NCBI GenBank assembly: GCA_964552465.1
Contig: CAZKGR010000018.1
Coordinates: 6,097 to 70,096, forward strand
From: an uncultured bacterium
GTDB lineage: Bacteria > Electryoneota > Electryoneia > Electryoneales > Electryoneaceae
Length of the DNA: 64,000 nt
Direction of reading: 5' to 3'
Position numbers and translations under genes: made by a program. Under the pieces are notes generated by a model that was given only the letters and a program-made list of their open reading frames with translations, did no database searches and was not told the origin of the DNA. Positions 48,278 to 57,699 of this stretch are shown one piece after another (position 1 is the first letter of the stretch; every line of letters begins with the position of its first letter).

Positions 48278-49927
48278 TTGCCAGATATGTTGAACGGTCA
48301 ATCTGAAACGAATATGAGTTCAATGAAACTCACCTATAACGGCGGCAGCATGCGCTCGCTGTTTCGCCAGGGGGATCGTTTACGTGTACAGCCATGTCTG
48401 GTGACCGATGTCCGGGCTGGGGATGTCATTGTTTATCTAAATCGTTCACGAGACAGACATGTTGTGCATAGAGTAATGCACATTCTGTCTAGCGGCTTTG
48501 AGACTAGAGGTGATGATCGAATTACTGCTGACAAGGAACTGGTAATACCCGATCAGTTTGTCGGACGTGTGATAGCAGTCTGGAGATCACATTCATGGAA
48601 ACCTGTACGGGGAGGTATAGTTGGATTAATTCGGTCAAGACTTTGGCAGTCAATGAGAATGGTGCATCATTCTGTACTCACACGCTCCATACGCATGGAG
48701 AGTGCAACTTCACCTGTTTCCAACCCTGATGTCATTTTACTCCCACATTGGCTTCTTCAACTGCTTCAATCTTGCCTCAGAGGTACTCTACAAAGTGAGA
48801 TAAACAAGATTCCAGAGAATGTCTGGCCAAGTCTGGTGGCGCTTGCATCCAGACAAGATCTTGCCCCTTTTATTTATGCCAATCTGAATCAGCAGGATGC
48901 GTTGGACGAGCTTCCAGCAAGCGCACAAAAACAACTTCATCATTTGCACCAGAATTCTTGGATTGCGCAGCAACGTTTAATGACTGCACATACTTCCATC
49001 ACACATGCTCTGAATGAAGCAAGTATCGACAGCATTTCTCTAAAGGGATTGTGGTTTGCGCACTCGCTCTACGAGGATCCAGCATCTCGCCCGATGGTTG
49101 ATATTGATCTGCTTGTCCGTCCTGAACAGCTGACTGCAGCGACCGATGTGTTCATCGAGCTGGGATACGTCTCTATCCAGGAACATGATTCCGTTTCGCT
49201 TGAAAAAGAAATCTGGCTGTATCATCCGGAACGTCGAATCAAGGTTGACCTGCACCAGGATCTGATACCCTATTACTCAGATCTTACGTGGGATACATCA
49301 GAATGCTGGACTCGTGCCATACAAGCGGATTTGGAAGGACAACCGATTCAGGTGTTGAGTCTCGAAGACCAAATGATGCATATAATCCTTCATGGTTCCT
49401 TCGAACACCTGTTTCAGCCGCATAAAGTACTTCTGGATGCATACCTGGCAATTCAGACCTGGGGAGCAGAGGTTGATTGGAAGCGAGTCAGGGAGAGGGC
49501 AGAGACTATTGGACTAGGGCATGCACTTGACCTAATGGTTGTAACTCTACGACGTGCTTTCGACGATCACAGCATGACTCTTCCTGCACCAATCAGACAT
49601 GTTCCTGCTGACGGAGTTCGCTGGTTACTCTATACCGCGCCGATTCTCCATCCACCATCGTTGCTTCATCTGTATGCCGGACGTGACTACTTGTTCTACG
49701 TCCTGAAGCGTGCTCGCCAACTGGCGACCTTCCTTCGAAGTGGGGTACAGTCTCAAGGTGGGATACAGGTTACTCGTTCTAAACCAAAAATGGTTGCCAA
49801 AACTATTATTAGACGGATGTTCACGTTGAGTGGGCTGACCGCAGGATTTCTTTATGGCTCCATTCGCCACCCATCCCGCAAGCAGTTTATCTTCCTCAAG
49901 CTGCTCAATTGGCTGAGTCATCGCTAA
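48278..49927 (+). CDS. Fusion of S24/S26 peptidase domain and RiPP-associated nucleotidyltransferase (NTP_transf_5-like)
   Basis: N-terminal GGSM..F..GD.L.V...GDVIVY...VVHRV......ETRGD; C-terminal W..L...A..Q.L.P, LKG...A..LY.....RPM.DIDLLV, VDLH. One uninterrupted frame; start uncertain (48278/48287/48314). Confidence 0.82.
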   Translation: MPDMLNGQSETNMSSMKLTYNGGSMRSLFRQGDRLRVQPCLVTDVRAGDVIVYLNRSRDRHVVHRVMHILSSGFETRGDDRITADKELVIPDQFVGRVIAVWRSHSWKPVRGGIVGLIRSRLWQSMRMVHHSVLTRSIRMESATSPVSNPDVILLPHWLLQLLQSCLRGTLQSEINKIPENVWPSLVALASRQDLAPFIYANLNQQDALDELPASAQKQLHHLHQNSWIAQQRLMTAHTSITHALNEASIDSISLKGLWFAHSLYEDPASRPMVDIDLLVRPEQLTAATDVFIELGYVSIQEHDSVSLEKEIWLYHPERRIKVDLHQDLIPYYSDLTWDTSECWTRAIQADLEGQPIQVLSLEDQMMHIILHGSFEHLFQPHKVLLDAYLAIQTWGAEVDWKRVRERAETIGLGHALDLMVVTLRRAFDDHSMTLPAPIRHVPADGVRWLLYTAPILHPPSLLHLYAGRDYLFYVLKRARQLATFLRSGVQSQGGIQVTRSKPKMVAKTIIRRMFTLSGLTAGFLYGSIRHPSRKQFIFLKLLNWLSHR

Positions 49928-50009
49928 AATCTGGTGAACTCGGTGACCTATCAGGAAAGTTCTCAGTGCACTATATGGTTACAGTGCATGTTTCATTTCA
50001 TAGTAGCTG

Positions 50010-52253
50010 CTATCCATCCCCAGGTTGGCTTGCATTAAACCGAAGCTCAAGCCGGAAAGTCCGCCCAGGACGTATCGCCTGACCCCAATCCAGATGTTCC
50101 TGATATGCACTATCCAGCAGGTTTTCGATGCCCAGACGGAAGACAAGCATGTCATTGAGTTTCCATTGACCTTGAACGTCGACCACAGCGTAGGCAGGAG
50201 AATGGTTTTCGCCATTTATAATTGATGGATTGTCTCTTTCAAGCGACCCACGTAACCGGAGATTTCCACTAAACGTTAATCCTGTCCAGCGTAACATCAT
50301 ATGACCGCGCAATGGTGAGAGGTTCGGGAGGTTATCATCCTCATCCATTAATCTGCCATGCTGCAGGCTGGCTCCAGCAACTATCAGCCACCTCGAGTAA
50401 ATTGGCTGCAACAAGGATATTTCCATCCCTTGAAGGTAGGCGCGAGAAGCATTGATATACTGTTTCCAACCATTTGCGAATGGAACGGTCACATCAGATT
50501 CAGCAATCTGACCATAGATGTAGTCGGCAAACTGATTGTGGAAAATGGAAACATCAATTCGTGAAGCGTTTACACGAATACTATTTCGCCATTCCCACTG
50601 ATGGGACTGTTCACGCTGAATGTGAGGATTTCCAGAGTACAGGAATCCGTCCGAAGCCACATATAAGTAGTAGCCATATGCTTCTGTGGAATTTGGGGCC
50701 CGCATTGCATACGCATAGCTGAATCCAGTTTCGATCATGCTGGAAATTTGCCAATCCACTCCGAACGAACCACCCGTCAGTGGATCATTTCGCGTGTCCG
50801 GGGCTGACGGATCAGACAACCTAAGTTGCTGAATGCCTTGCTCGTCGTTAGCACTTGTGTTGACATAATCCTGCCGGAATGAACCATGAAACTTATATGG
50901 ACCACGCTGATGCTGCAGACTGAACCACGCACCTGCTGACGAGGTCTGTACATCTGGCCAGGTTACGAGATACATCTCGGCAGATCCATCGGGGTACATC
51001 GTCATATCTGCGAATTGCCGTGTTTGAAACGCTTCGAGTCTCGTCAGCACTTGCCAGCCAGAAGCAGGACGGTGACTGGATTCGATAGTGCCACCTGATG
51101 TTCTGGTCCAACCCGGCATATCCATATGCATGCTCATCAGCAATTCGGTCCGAGTTGCATCATCCATCCAATGATCCACACGGTTGTGATATAAAGAAGC
51201 ACTCAGTTTCTCTATCCAATGCGCAGGTTGCTGAGCGCTCCAACGAGCTGAACCAGCCCTGAAACGTGCATATCCAACGTCCATTGGTAGAGCAGCGTAT
51301 CCCATGTCCCAGGCATCATCCGTCTGAACCAGCAGATCGAGCTGTTGTCGTTGAGTTAATCCAACTCGAACTGTTCCATAAAGGTTGAGTTTCTCATGAC
51401 CGGAGAACGGTTGTGTCCCTTGAGGAGTGCGATAATTACCGGCTTGCTGGTAAGCTGCCCTGAGTCGGTAGGAAATGTGAGATGAAGAACTGCCCAAATA
51501 CGCACTGCCGCGGGTTGATGCGAGAGCGTCAGCGTAAGAAACCGAGGCTCCATAATCAAGTCGCGAGTTTTCAGACAGTGGCTGGGAAACATGATTAAGA
51601 TTGATACTACCCCCAACCATGGCGCCATCTCTGGTATCAACGGCACCCATGCGAAGGGTCGCCTCGCCTAAAGCATCCAGATCAACATAGCTGGTTGCAG
51701 GATCCATTCGATCTGTACAGGCCCCATGAACTCGCATTCCATCCACGAGCAATAGTATCTGACCACCATTCATTCCGCGAATAGAAGGCTCTTGACCAAA
51801 TGCGCCTCGCCGCATCAAGCTTATTCCTTCCACTGATTCAAGAGCTTGTTCAGTGGTGGATATGCCCGTTTGGTAGCGATTAAATCTGAAAGACTCCATG
51901 TTCACGGATTCTCCCAGTACCACAACCTTTTCCAGCTCAAGTCCTCGTATCTGCAAAGCAATTTCAATATCATCACGAAGCTGAGCAGAGTTCAGAGTTA
52001 GTGGCTTGTACCCAAGCAGCGAAAAAGTGACTTGATTCGATGCAGCAGGAAATCTAATCCAGAATTTTCCATCAGAATCAGAGACTGTCCCCCTCGCGCA
52101 TCCGTCAATCATCAGACCGACATGCGCGAGGGGTTCGCCAGTATCTGCATCTACTACTCTTCCACTAACGTGGAACTCGTTTGCGATTAGTGCAGGCGAG
52201 TAGAGTAACAGAAACACTGAAACCAATAGAATATTTCGGATGTTTAGTGGCAC
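50010..52253 (-). CDS. TonB-dependent copper receptor (OprC/NosA-like) with N-terminal carboxypeptidase-regulatory-like domain
   Basis: RRGAFG.EP.IRG, DGMRV.GACTDRMDP.TSY (CxxxM), Met-rich LLMSMHMDMPG, ENLLD..Y.EH, PGR.F.L.L. Confidence 0.85.
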   Translation of the reverse strand: MPLNIRNILLVSVFLLLYSPALIANEFHVSGRVVDADTGEPLAHVGLMIDGCARGTVSDSDGKFWIRFPAASNQVTFSLLGYKPLTLNSAQLRDDIEIALQIRGLELEKVVVLGESVNMESFRFNRYQTGISTTEQALESVEGISLMRRGAFGQEPSIRGMNGGQILLLVDGMRVHGACTDRMDPATSYVDLDALGEATLRMGAVDTRDGAMVGGSINLNHVSQPLSENSRLDYGASVSYADALASTRGSAYLGSSSSHISYRLRAAYQQAGNYRTPQGTQPFSGHEKLNLYGTVRVGLTQRQQLDLLVQTDDAWDMGYAALPMDVGYARFRAGSARWSAQQPAHWIEKLSASLYHNRVDHWMDDATRTELLMSMHMDMPGWTRTSGGTIESSHRPASGWQVLTRLEAFQTRQFADMTMYPDGSAEMYLVTWPDVQTSSAGAWFSLQHQRGPYKFHGSFRQDYVNTSANDEQGIQQLRLSDPSAPDTRNDPLTGGSFGVDWQISSMIETGFSYAYAMRAPNSTEAYGYYLYVASDGFLYSGNPHIQREQSHQWEWRNSIRVNASRIDVSIFHNQFADYIYGQIAESDVTVPFANGWKQYINASRAYLQGMEISLLQPIYSRWLIVAGASLQHGRLMDEDDNLPNLSPLRGHMMLRWTGLTFSGNLRLRGSLERDNPSIINGENHSPAYAVVDVQGQWKLNDMLVFRLGIENLLDSAYQEHLDWGQAIRPGRTFRLELRFNASQPGDG

Positions 52254-52267
52254 AGATTATTCTCAGG

Positions 52268-52516
52268 TTAAAACTCGAATGCGTAAACGATCTGCCCCAA
52301 TTCTACTTCTGAGGCGTCGAAAAAGGTGAAAGTGATTTCCCAGTCACCAGTCATACTTAATCCAACGACTCCCTGATATCGGCCATTACCCACACCAACA
52401 GGTGCCACATTCCCTTCAGAACCGTGTCCCATGGATGGCATCAGGGTCTCGATTTCGGTGGTCAAACCGTCTACGTTCGGAAAGCTCATCATGGATTCTT
52501 TGGCGCCGAAAAGCAA
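52268..52516 (-). pseudogene. C-terminal YtkA/FixH-like domain without signal peptide, probable gene remnant
   Basis: KESMMSFP...MPSMGHGS..N..PV..GNG.Y.G.V.LSMTGDW. An in-frame TAA sits right before the TTG; only ~20 nt from the nosY stop. Confidence 0.55.
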
Positions 52517-52537
52517 TTATCTCGGAATCAATCTTGT

Positions 52538-53362
52538 CTACACATCCTGCTTCCTGAACAGAATGATCGAGGCGAGGATTGGAAGCACAATCCAGGCCAC
52601 CAATGACGCATATCCGATCAGGGTTGCAGTGGTCTCTGATCCGGTCATCTTGATCAATGTCGCGCCTGCCGGTCCGAAGAGGTGCGGCCCGCCGACAGCC
52701 AGAAGTGAGAGAACTCTTGTCAAATCTATCGGATTGAGCAGAAGCCCGACCAGCAGGATGATCTTTAACGCGGACGGTGTGAAATAAAGAGTACTGCCCA
52801 ACATCAGGGTGCCGTATAGCACTTCGAAAAACAACCACACTCCTAACGCAATCCCAAAAGCCACCTGACGTCTGGATGACAGCAACGCGATTAATACAGA
52901 TAACGCAGCAAAAACCACACTCAGCAACGTTGAATGAAGCACGACTTCCAGGTAACGAAGCGCGCCATCAGTTCCCACGCTAATCGCGGTTATCGCACCC
53001 GGTAATCCAAAGCCCAGAATGGACGCGGCGACAATTGTCATAACCAACCCGAGCAATTTTCCCAATAAAACCTGATCGCGGGATATTGGTTGAACGACAA
53101 GAAACTCCAAGTATTGTCGATGTGCGAGAAAGCTGAAAACTCCCACTATCAACGCAAATAACGGCAGCATGAAGCCCGACAGATTTACCAGACTGGCGGC
53201 GGTGCGAATAAAATCCTGTATTCCCACATACCCTGAGGTGACCATTCCCAGATAGGCGATGAGCAGGGTCAACACTGTAAATACTATCGCAAAGGTCAAC
53301 ACCCAGCGGTTGCGAACGTTGATCAGGAATTCCTGACGAGCAATGAGGAGTAGCCCATTCAT
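52538..53362 (-). CDS. nosY: ABC permease NosY
   Basis: IARQEF....RNRW, QPISR..VLLGK..G, LNP.D..R, six TMs; nos context. Confidence 0.88.
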   Translation of the reverse strand: MNGLLLIARQEFLINVRNRWVLTFAIVFTVLTLLIAYLGMVTSGYVGIQDFIRTAASLVNLSGFMLPLFALIVGVFSFLAHRQYLEFLVVQPISRDQVLLGKLLGLVMTIVAASILGFGLPGAITAISVGTDGALRYLEVVLHSTLLSVVFAALSVLIALLSSRRQVAFGIALGVWLFFEVLYGTLMLGSTLYFTPSALKIILLVGLLLNPIDLTRVLSLLAVGGPHLFGPAGATLIKMTGSETTATLIGYASLVAWIVLPILASIILFRKQDV

Positions 53363-54108
53363 AGTTGCCCTTCCTCATCAGTGTGTGCTCCGGCTACACG
53401 TATCATACCATAACTAAATCCAGTTTCATCCACTATTGGAAATCCAGCGCCAGGTAGCGTCAACAGCAGCCTGATTTCAACCATCTCGTCTGCATCGGGA
53501 AGCGTTAAGGCAGCCATGTTCGAGTAACCGCGAACCGACAGCACTTTACCAGCGAGTTCAGGTTCGTATGCGAGGCGCAGCAGCAGCAAATTCCCTTTCT
53601 CCGCTTCGATCAGATCCGGTTGCATGCCGACAGGGGACAGGGAGGCTTCAACGATCAGATCAGGATTTCCTCGCAGCGTCTGAAACCCTATCCAATCGGT
53701 GACGACCTCATCGTCGTATGCTGAAAACGAGTCTGCCGCATCGGTCGATGAAAAGCAAACAACCTGTCCATTCATCACGGTCGGAACGTGGTTCGTCAAA
53801 ACCATCACCACTGAGTCCGCCGAAACAAGCGCGGACGTGTTGTAGTCCGCCAAGTAGATGTCTGAGTCACGTATGACGAAAGACTTGGGAAGAGATTCAA
53901 TGTGTCGAAGCATGCACTTGGGCGAGTCGTAGGTGAGGAACTCACCCCCGACCACCATCCCACTCGCATGATTAACCTGATCGATGTTCATGTTGCAGGT
54001 ATGGCAAACATCAATTCCCGAATAAATTTGAATTCTCGGTTCTGATGCGCAACCAGCCAGCAGGATGGCGAACACGACCACGAGAAATGACTGTTTCATG
54101 GAATTCAT
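53359..54108 (-). CDS. nosL: NosL copper chaperone lipoprotein with ~110-aa C-terminal extension
   Basis: Lipobox LAGC; D.CHTCNMNI, YDSPKCM, VPTVMNG..V.F. Confidence 0.82.
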   Translation of the reverse strand: MNSMKQSFLVVVFAILLAGCASEPRIQIYSGIDVCHTCNMNIDQVNHASGMVVGGEFLTYDSPKCMLRHIESLPKSFVIRDSDIYLADYNTSALVSADSVVMVLTNHVPTVMNGQVVCFSSTDAADSFSAYDDEVVTDWIGFQTLRGNPDLIVEASLSPVGMQPDLIEAEKGNLLLLRLAYEPELAGKVLSVRGYSNMAALTLPDADEMVEIRLLLTLPGAGFPIVDETGFSYGMIRVAGAHTDEEGQL

Positions 54109-55052
54109 GTGCGCTCCAGGTCTTCCTTTGATGTGAATTGGTCAGACAACAGTGAATCCCAATCAGGATTTTCGGTACGGAACTCCTCAATCTGTCCGCC
54201 TGCTGCTTCAATGGCTTTGATCACATGCAGACGCTGCTCAGGATTAGCACGGAAGGACATTCGGTAGCCGTTCTGGTCTGTTAATCTCGCGCCAGCTTCA
54301 CAGGCTGCAGAGATTAATTTCTCTGATGTCTGCTGAAGTACGAGGTGGACCTCCGTTTCATTCTGGACGGCTTCGTAAAAGTCAGGCACAGATTCAACCG
54401 TAGCAATTTTACCGTCGTTCACAATAGCTACTCGATCCGCCAACTGCAGAGCATCTCTAATGATATGCGATGTAAAAAGTATGGTTGCGCCCCGACCTTT
54501 AAGCTGTCCAATCAACTTTCGAAACTGTTCAGTTCCAAGTGGATCAAGGTTCAATGTTGGTTCATCCAAAACGTAAAACGGAACTTCAGGCAGGAAGCAA
54601 ATAGACAAGGCTAATCGTTGAATCATCCCACCCGAATACTCCTGTACACGACGATCAGCGGCATCCTGCAATGAAAAGAAGGTGATCATTTCTTCGACAC
54701 GATCAGCCTTACAATCCCGCAGTTCCGCAGAGAGGAACAGCAATTCACGAGCGGTCAGCATTCCGGGAAAATCAATGCGCTGTGGTAAATATGAAAGAAC
54801 GTGTTTGATCTTATCGACTTGTTTCCGAACGTTCATTCCAGCGACTTCGATCGTCCCGCTAGTCGGGTGGATTGCACCCACAACTGCACGTATGATTGTC
54901 GATTTACCACCGCCATTTGGCCCGAGCAATGCAAGCGCCTCACCCTCAGACACATCCAGGTCGCTGGGTTTTACTGCATGGATCTTCCCAAATCGTTTTT
55001 CAAGCGACTTTATTCTCAGATATGGCATATCCTGGTCTGTTCCCGTCTTCAT
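54105..55052 (-). CDS. nosF: ABC ATP-binding protein NosF
   Basis: GPNGGGKS, YLPQR, YSGGM.QRL, LDEPT..LDP.G, TSH; between nosD and nosL. Confidence 0.88.
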   Translation of the reverse strand: MKTGTDQDMPYLRIKSLEKRFGKIHAVKPSDLDVSEGEALALLGPNGGGKSTIIRAVVGAIHPTSGTIEVAGMNVRKQVDKIKHVLSYLPQRIDFPGMLTARELLFLSAELRDCKADRVEEMITFFSLQDAADRRVQEYSGGMIQRLALSICFLPEVPFYVLDEPTLNLDPLGTEQFRKLIGQLKGRGATILFTSHIIRDALQLADRVAIVNDGKIATVESVPDFYEAVQNETEVHLVLQQTSEKLISAACEAGARLTDQNGYRMSFRANPEQRLHVIKAIEAAGGQIEEFRTENPDWDSLLSDQFTSKEDLERT

Positions 55053-56473
55053 TTGCGCCGTCTCCCAAGCCTGCCCACACTCATCAATCCTCCAAACAAG
55101 CCAAAGCTCACCACAACGTACAGGACGGCAGCCGAATGATTCTGATCACCAAGTTCATCTAACTCTTCCCACGGGACAGCCGAATTCTCTATCGGGCGAA
55201 TGACCGGTTGTTCGTCAACAGCTTCACCAAACTTCAGAATTGGCAAGGTCCTTTCCGCTATCTCGAGAATTGCCGCAGCAGGGCTCAACAGATAGTAACG
55301 TACTTCAGGTACGCTGCCCTCCATCACCTGGAATACGTTCTGAATATCAAATGGAATTTCCCCGATTCCATCACTATCCAAATCATAACCGTCGTAGCTA
55401 CTCCAGTGATTGCCACCATCTGAATCTGACCAGTTTGTTTCGCGGTCGGTCACATCAACAAGTAGTTCACTCAAATTGTTGATGAAATTATTGGATGCGA
55501 ACACATTCCCATCCGACCCACCATTCATCTGGATGGCCAAGTCGTTATCAACCACATCATTACCGACGATCATATTCTGACTGCTATTGTTGACGAAGAT
55601 TCCTCGGCTGTTATCATAGATCAGATTATCATACGCGTAGGTCTTATCCATGGACTGATACAAGATTCCGTATGCCCGGAATCCACGACAATGAGCAAAG
55701 ATGTTACGTTCAAAGAGGATATTGTGCGAGTACATTAGTGCCGCGCCCGCGACGTTCAGAATGAAAGTGTTGTCCTCGAACGTGTTGTAATTGGAGTACA
55801 TGTAGTGAAGGCCATAGCGAACATGATGAATCTTATTGTGTTGAATGTCTGTTGAGTCTGCGAACGAGAAATAGATCCCGTCTCTCACATTTAGGATTTC
55901 ATTGTTCCGAACAAGGTTGTTCTTGGAGTACCAGAGGTGAATTCCATTCCCACGATCCGATTCAATCAAGTCTAATCGACCTTCGATACGGTTGTTTTCG
56001 ATTATTGTACTATTGCCCTGCTTTACATAAATACCGTGAAGCGGCCTGGTGACCTGGCAATTTCTGATCACGACAGAATCAGCTTCAACGAGTATAGCAG
56101 CATGATCTTTGGTCAGCCGTTCTCCCGCTTCAGATATGTGCAAACCATCCAAAACAGCACCCGGGGCAGTCAGGTGGACAACATGACCCACGTAACCACC
56201 CCGGATGTGTGGTAGATCAAAACCAGTTATTACTACAGGTACATCAACAACGATCTGCTCCAAGTATTCACCTGGAGCCAGCCACACAGTGTCACCTGAT
56301 GCAGCTGTACGGATAGCAGAGGAGATGCTTTCGCCGGATTGAACGGAAATTCGCGCGGCTGTTCCATAGGTTGGAACCATCAGAACTGACAACGTGATGG
56401 CTACAGCCAATTGCATAACTCTCAGCCGGTGGAAAGCGCAAACTCCATTCATGAATAGCGATTTCCTCTCCAT
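55049..56473 (-). CDS. nosD: Nitrous oxide reductase maturation protein NosD
   Basis: Right-handed beta-helix (CASH) repeats; RGNGIHLW, RDGIYFSF, VRYGLHYMYS, GGNHWS.Y.G.DLD.DG.G..P. Start uncertain. Confidence 0.92.
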   Translation of the reverse strand: MERKSLFMNGVCAFHRLRVMQLAVAITLSVLMVPTYGTAARISVQSGESISSAIRTAASGDTVWLAPGEYLEQIVVDVPVVITGFDLPHIRGGYVGHVVHLTAPGAVLDGLHISEAGERLTKDHAAILVEADSVVIRNCQVTRPLHGIYVKQGNSTIIENNRIEGRLDLIESDRGNGIHLWYSKNNLVRNNEILNVRDGIYFSFADSTDIQHNKIHHVRYGLHYMYSNYNTFEDNTFILNVAGAALMYSHNILFERNIFAHCRGFRAYGILYQSMDKTYAYDNLIYDNSRGIFVNNSSQNMIVGNDVVDNDLAIQMNGGSDGNVFASNNFINNLSELLVDVTDRETNWSDSDGGNHWSSYDGYDLDSDGIGEIPFDIQNVFQVMEGSVPEVRYYLLSPAAAILEIAERTLPILKFGEAVDEQPVIRPIENSAVPWEELDELGDQNHSAAVLYVVVSFGLFGGLMSVGRLGRRRK

Positions 56474-56480
56474 TACAGGC

Positions 56481-56978
56481 TCATCCAGCGATTCTGCGTA
56501 ATTCTGAATCGACCATGGAATTGGTTCGGACGCCAGCAACACCTGTTTTTACCAGCAGCTGCCAAACTTCTTCCATATCGAGGAAGAGCTGTTTGTCGAA
56601 GTTGCCAGCAGCGCGACGTGTCTTGCAGTCTTCATAAAGTGTCAACGCGGCTGTCAGCTGAACGACGGTATCATCCCACTCCTCGTGAAGTGTCGGGCTG
56701 AAACGGGTACCGTACTGTTCAAATCCTGCTGTTATGTAAGCAGCGATAGGATTGATCACGTTCAGCACTTGCAGGATCTCGATGTCTTTGTTATGAACCT
56801 TGGCTTCCCAATCGGTGACCGAAGACACGTTCATCGGCGCGGGAATTTCAAGCGCAGCAGGTGTCTCGTAAGTAAGAGTAGGAAGCTGTGATGCCGATTC
56901 CTGCGGGGCATCAGCTTGCTGAGTACCGCAGCCCACAAGCAGGCCGAATATCAACAGAAGCAATGTTAATCGAAGCAT
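56481..56978 (-). CDS. Hypothetical helical lipoprotein in the nos operon
   Basis: GGGAGG RBS before ATG 56978; lipobox LVGC; all-helical sequence; no recognisable family. Confidence 0.75.
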   Translation of the reverse strand: MLRLTLLLLIFGLLVGCGTQQADAPQESASQLPTLTYETPAALEIPAPMNVSSVTDWEAKVHNKDIEILQVLNVINPIAAYITAGFEQYGTRFSPTLHEEWDDTVVQLTAALTLYEDCKTRRAAGNFDKQLFLDMEEVWQLLVKTGVAGVRTNSMVDSELRRIAG

Positions 56979-57012
56979 GTAACCTCCCTGTCTGGGGGTA
57001 ATTGCGTAAACT

Positions 57013-57636
57013 TCACGCAACAGATTTTTTTTGCCAGGAGAAGTACAAGGCGGCCAGAAGGCTAAGTCCAAAAACGAGAAAGAAGTATGTACCCAACGCC
57101 GGGTATGACCATACTTCAAACTGGCCGACCAGTTTGTAACCAAACACAGGTGGAGTAAACGGATCCACGGTCACTGAAGCCCTAGGGTCCAGATTATGCC
57201 CGTACTGGTATAGCTTGTACCAGAAGCTCCAGAGTGAGTAGATGGCGAAATAGAGCGCGATTACGATAACATCTACGATAGAACCGACTGTGCCGATTGC
57301 CGCCGCACGCAACGTCATCACCGCAATCAACCCAATTACCAATGGAATCCACTTAAGCTCAGTAAATTCTTCCGCTTTCAGCTCCGCCATCCCGATGTAG
57401 TGATTGAGGACGTTGATCTCGGTAAGATCGTTGCCATCATCACCACCAATCAGGTTGTGGCTGTAAATGTACATGTCCAGACCTTCAGGGTACTGCTGGG
57501 CCCAGAAATTCATGTGCCACAAGGGAACAAAAAAAGTCGGGATCAGAGACAGCGCCGCCAATAACACGAGCAAACGGCTTCGTCCAGACAGCGGCTTGCT
57601 GACGAATGTTGTGATGGCCGCAAATAGTGTGGACAT
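57013..57636 (-). CDS. nosB: Clade II nos membrane protein (NosB-like)
   Basis: P.W.M...A.QYPEGL.M.I, .EIN.LNHYIGM, LY.YGHNLDP.A...V..F.PP..G..; four TMs; directly after nosZ. Confidence 0.8.
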   Translation of the reverse strand: MSTLFAAITTFVSKPLSGRSRLLVLLAALSLIPTFFVPLWHMNFWAQQYPEGLDMYIYSHNLIGGDDGNDLTEINVLNHYIGMAELKAEEFTELKWIPLVIGLIAVMTLRAAAIGTVGSIVDVIVIALYFAIYSLWSFWYKLYQYGHNLDPRASVTVDPFTPPVFGYKLVGQFEVWSYPALGTYFFLVFGLSLLAALYFSWQKKSVA

Positions 57637-57699
57637 GATCACACCTGAGTTGATCTGCCCGGCGAGTTTGGCTAGCTCGCCGGGCAAGAATGAAACAAC

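Noticed and set aside
41832-49927. Canonical lasso peptide or canonical SynChlorMet cluster
   Set aside because: No asparagine-synthetase-like cyclase, transglutaminase-like B2 protease or radical SAM CxxxCxxC protein; the precursor lacks Thr(-2) and Cys.
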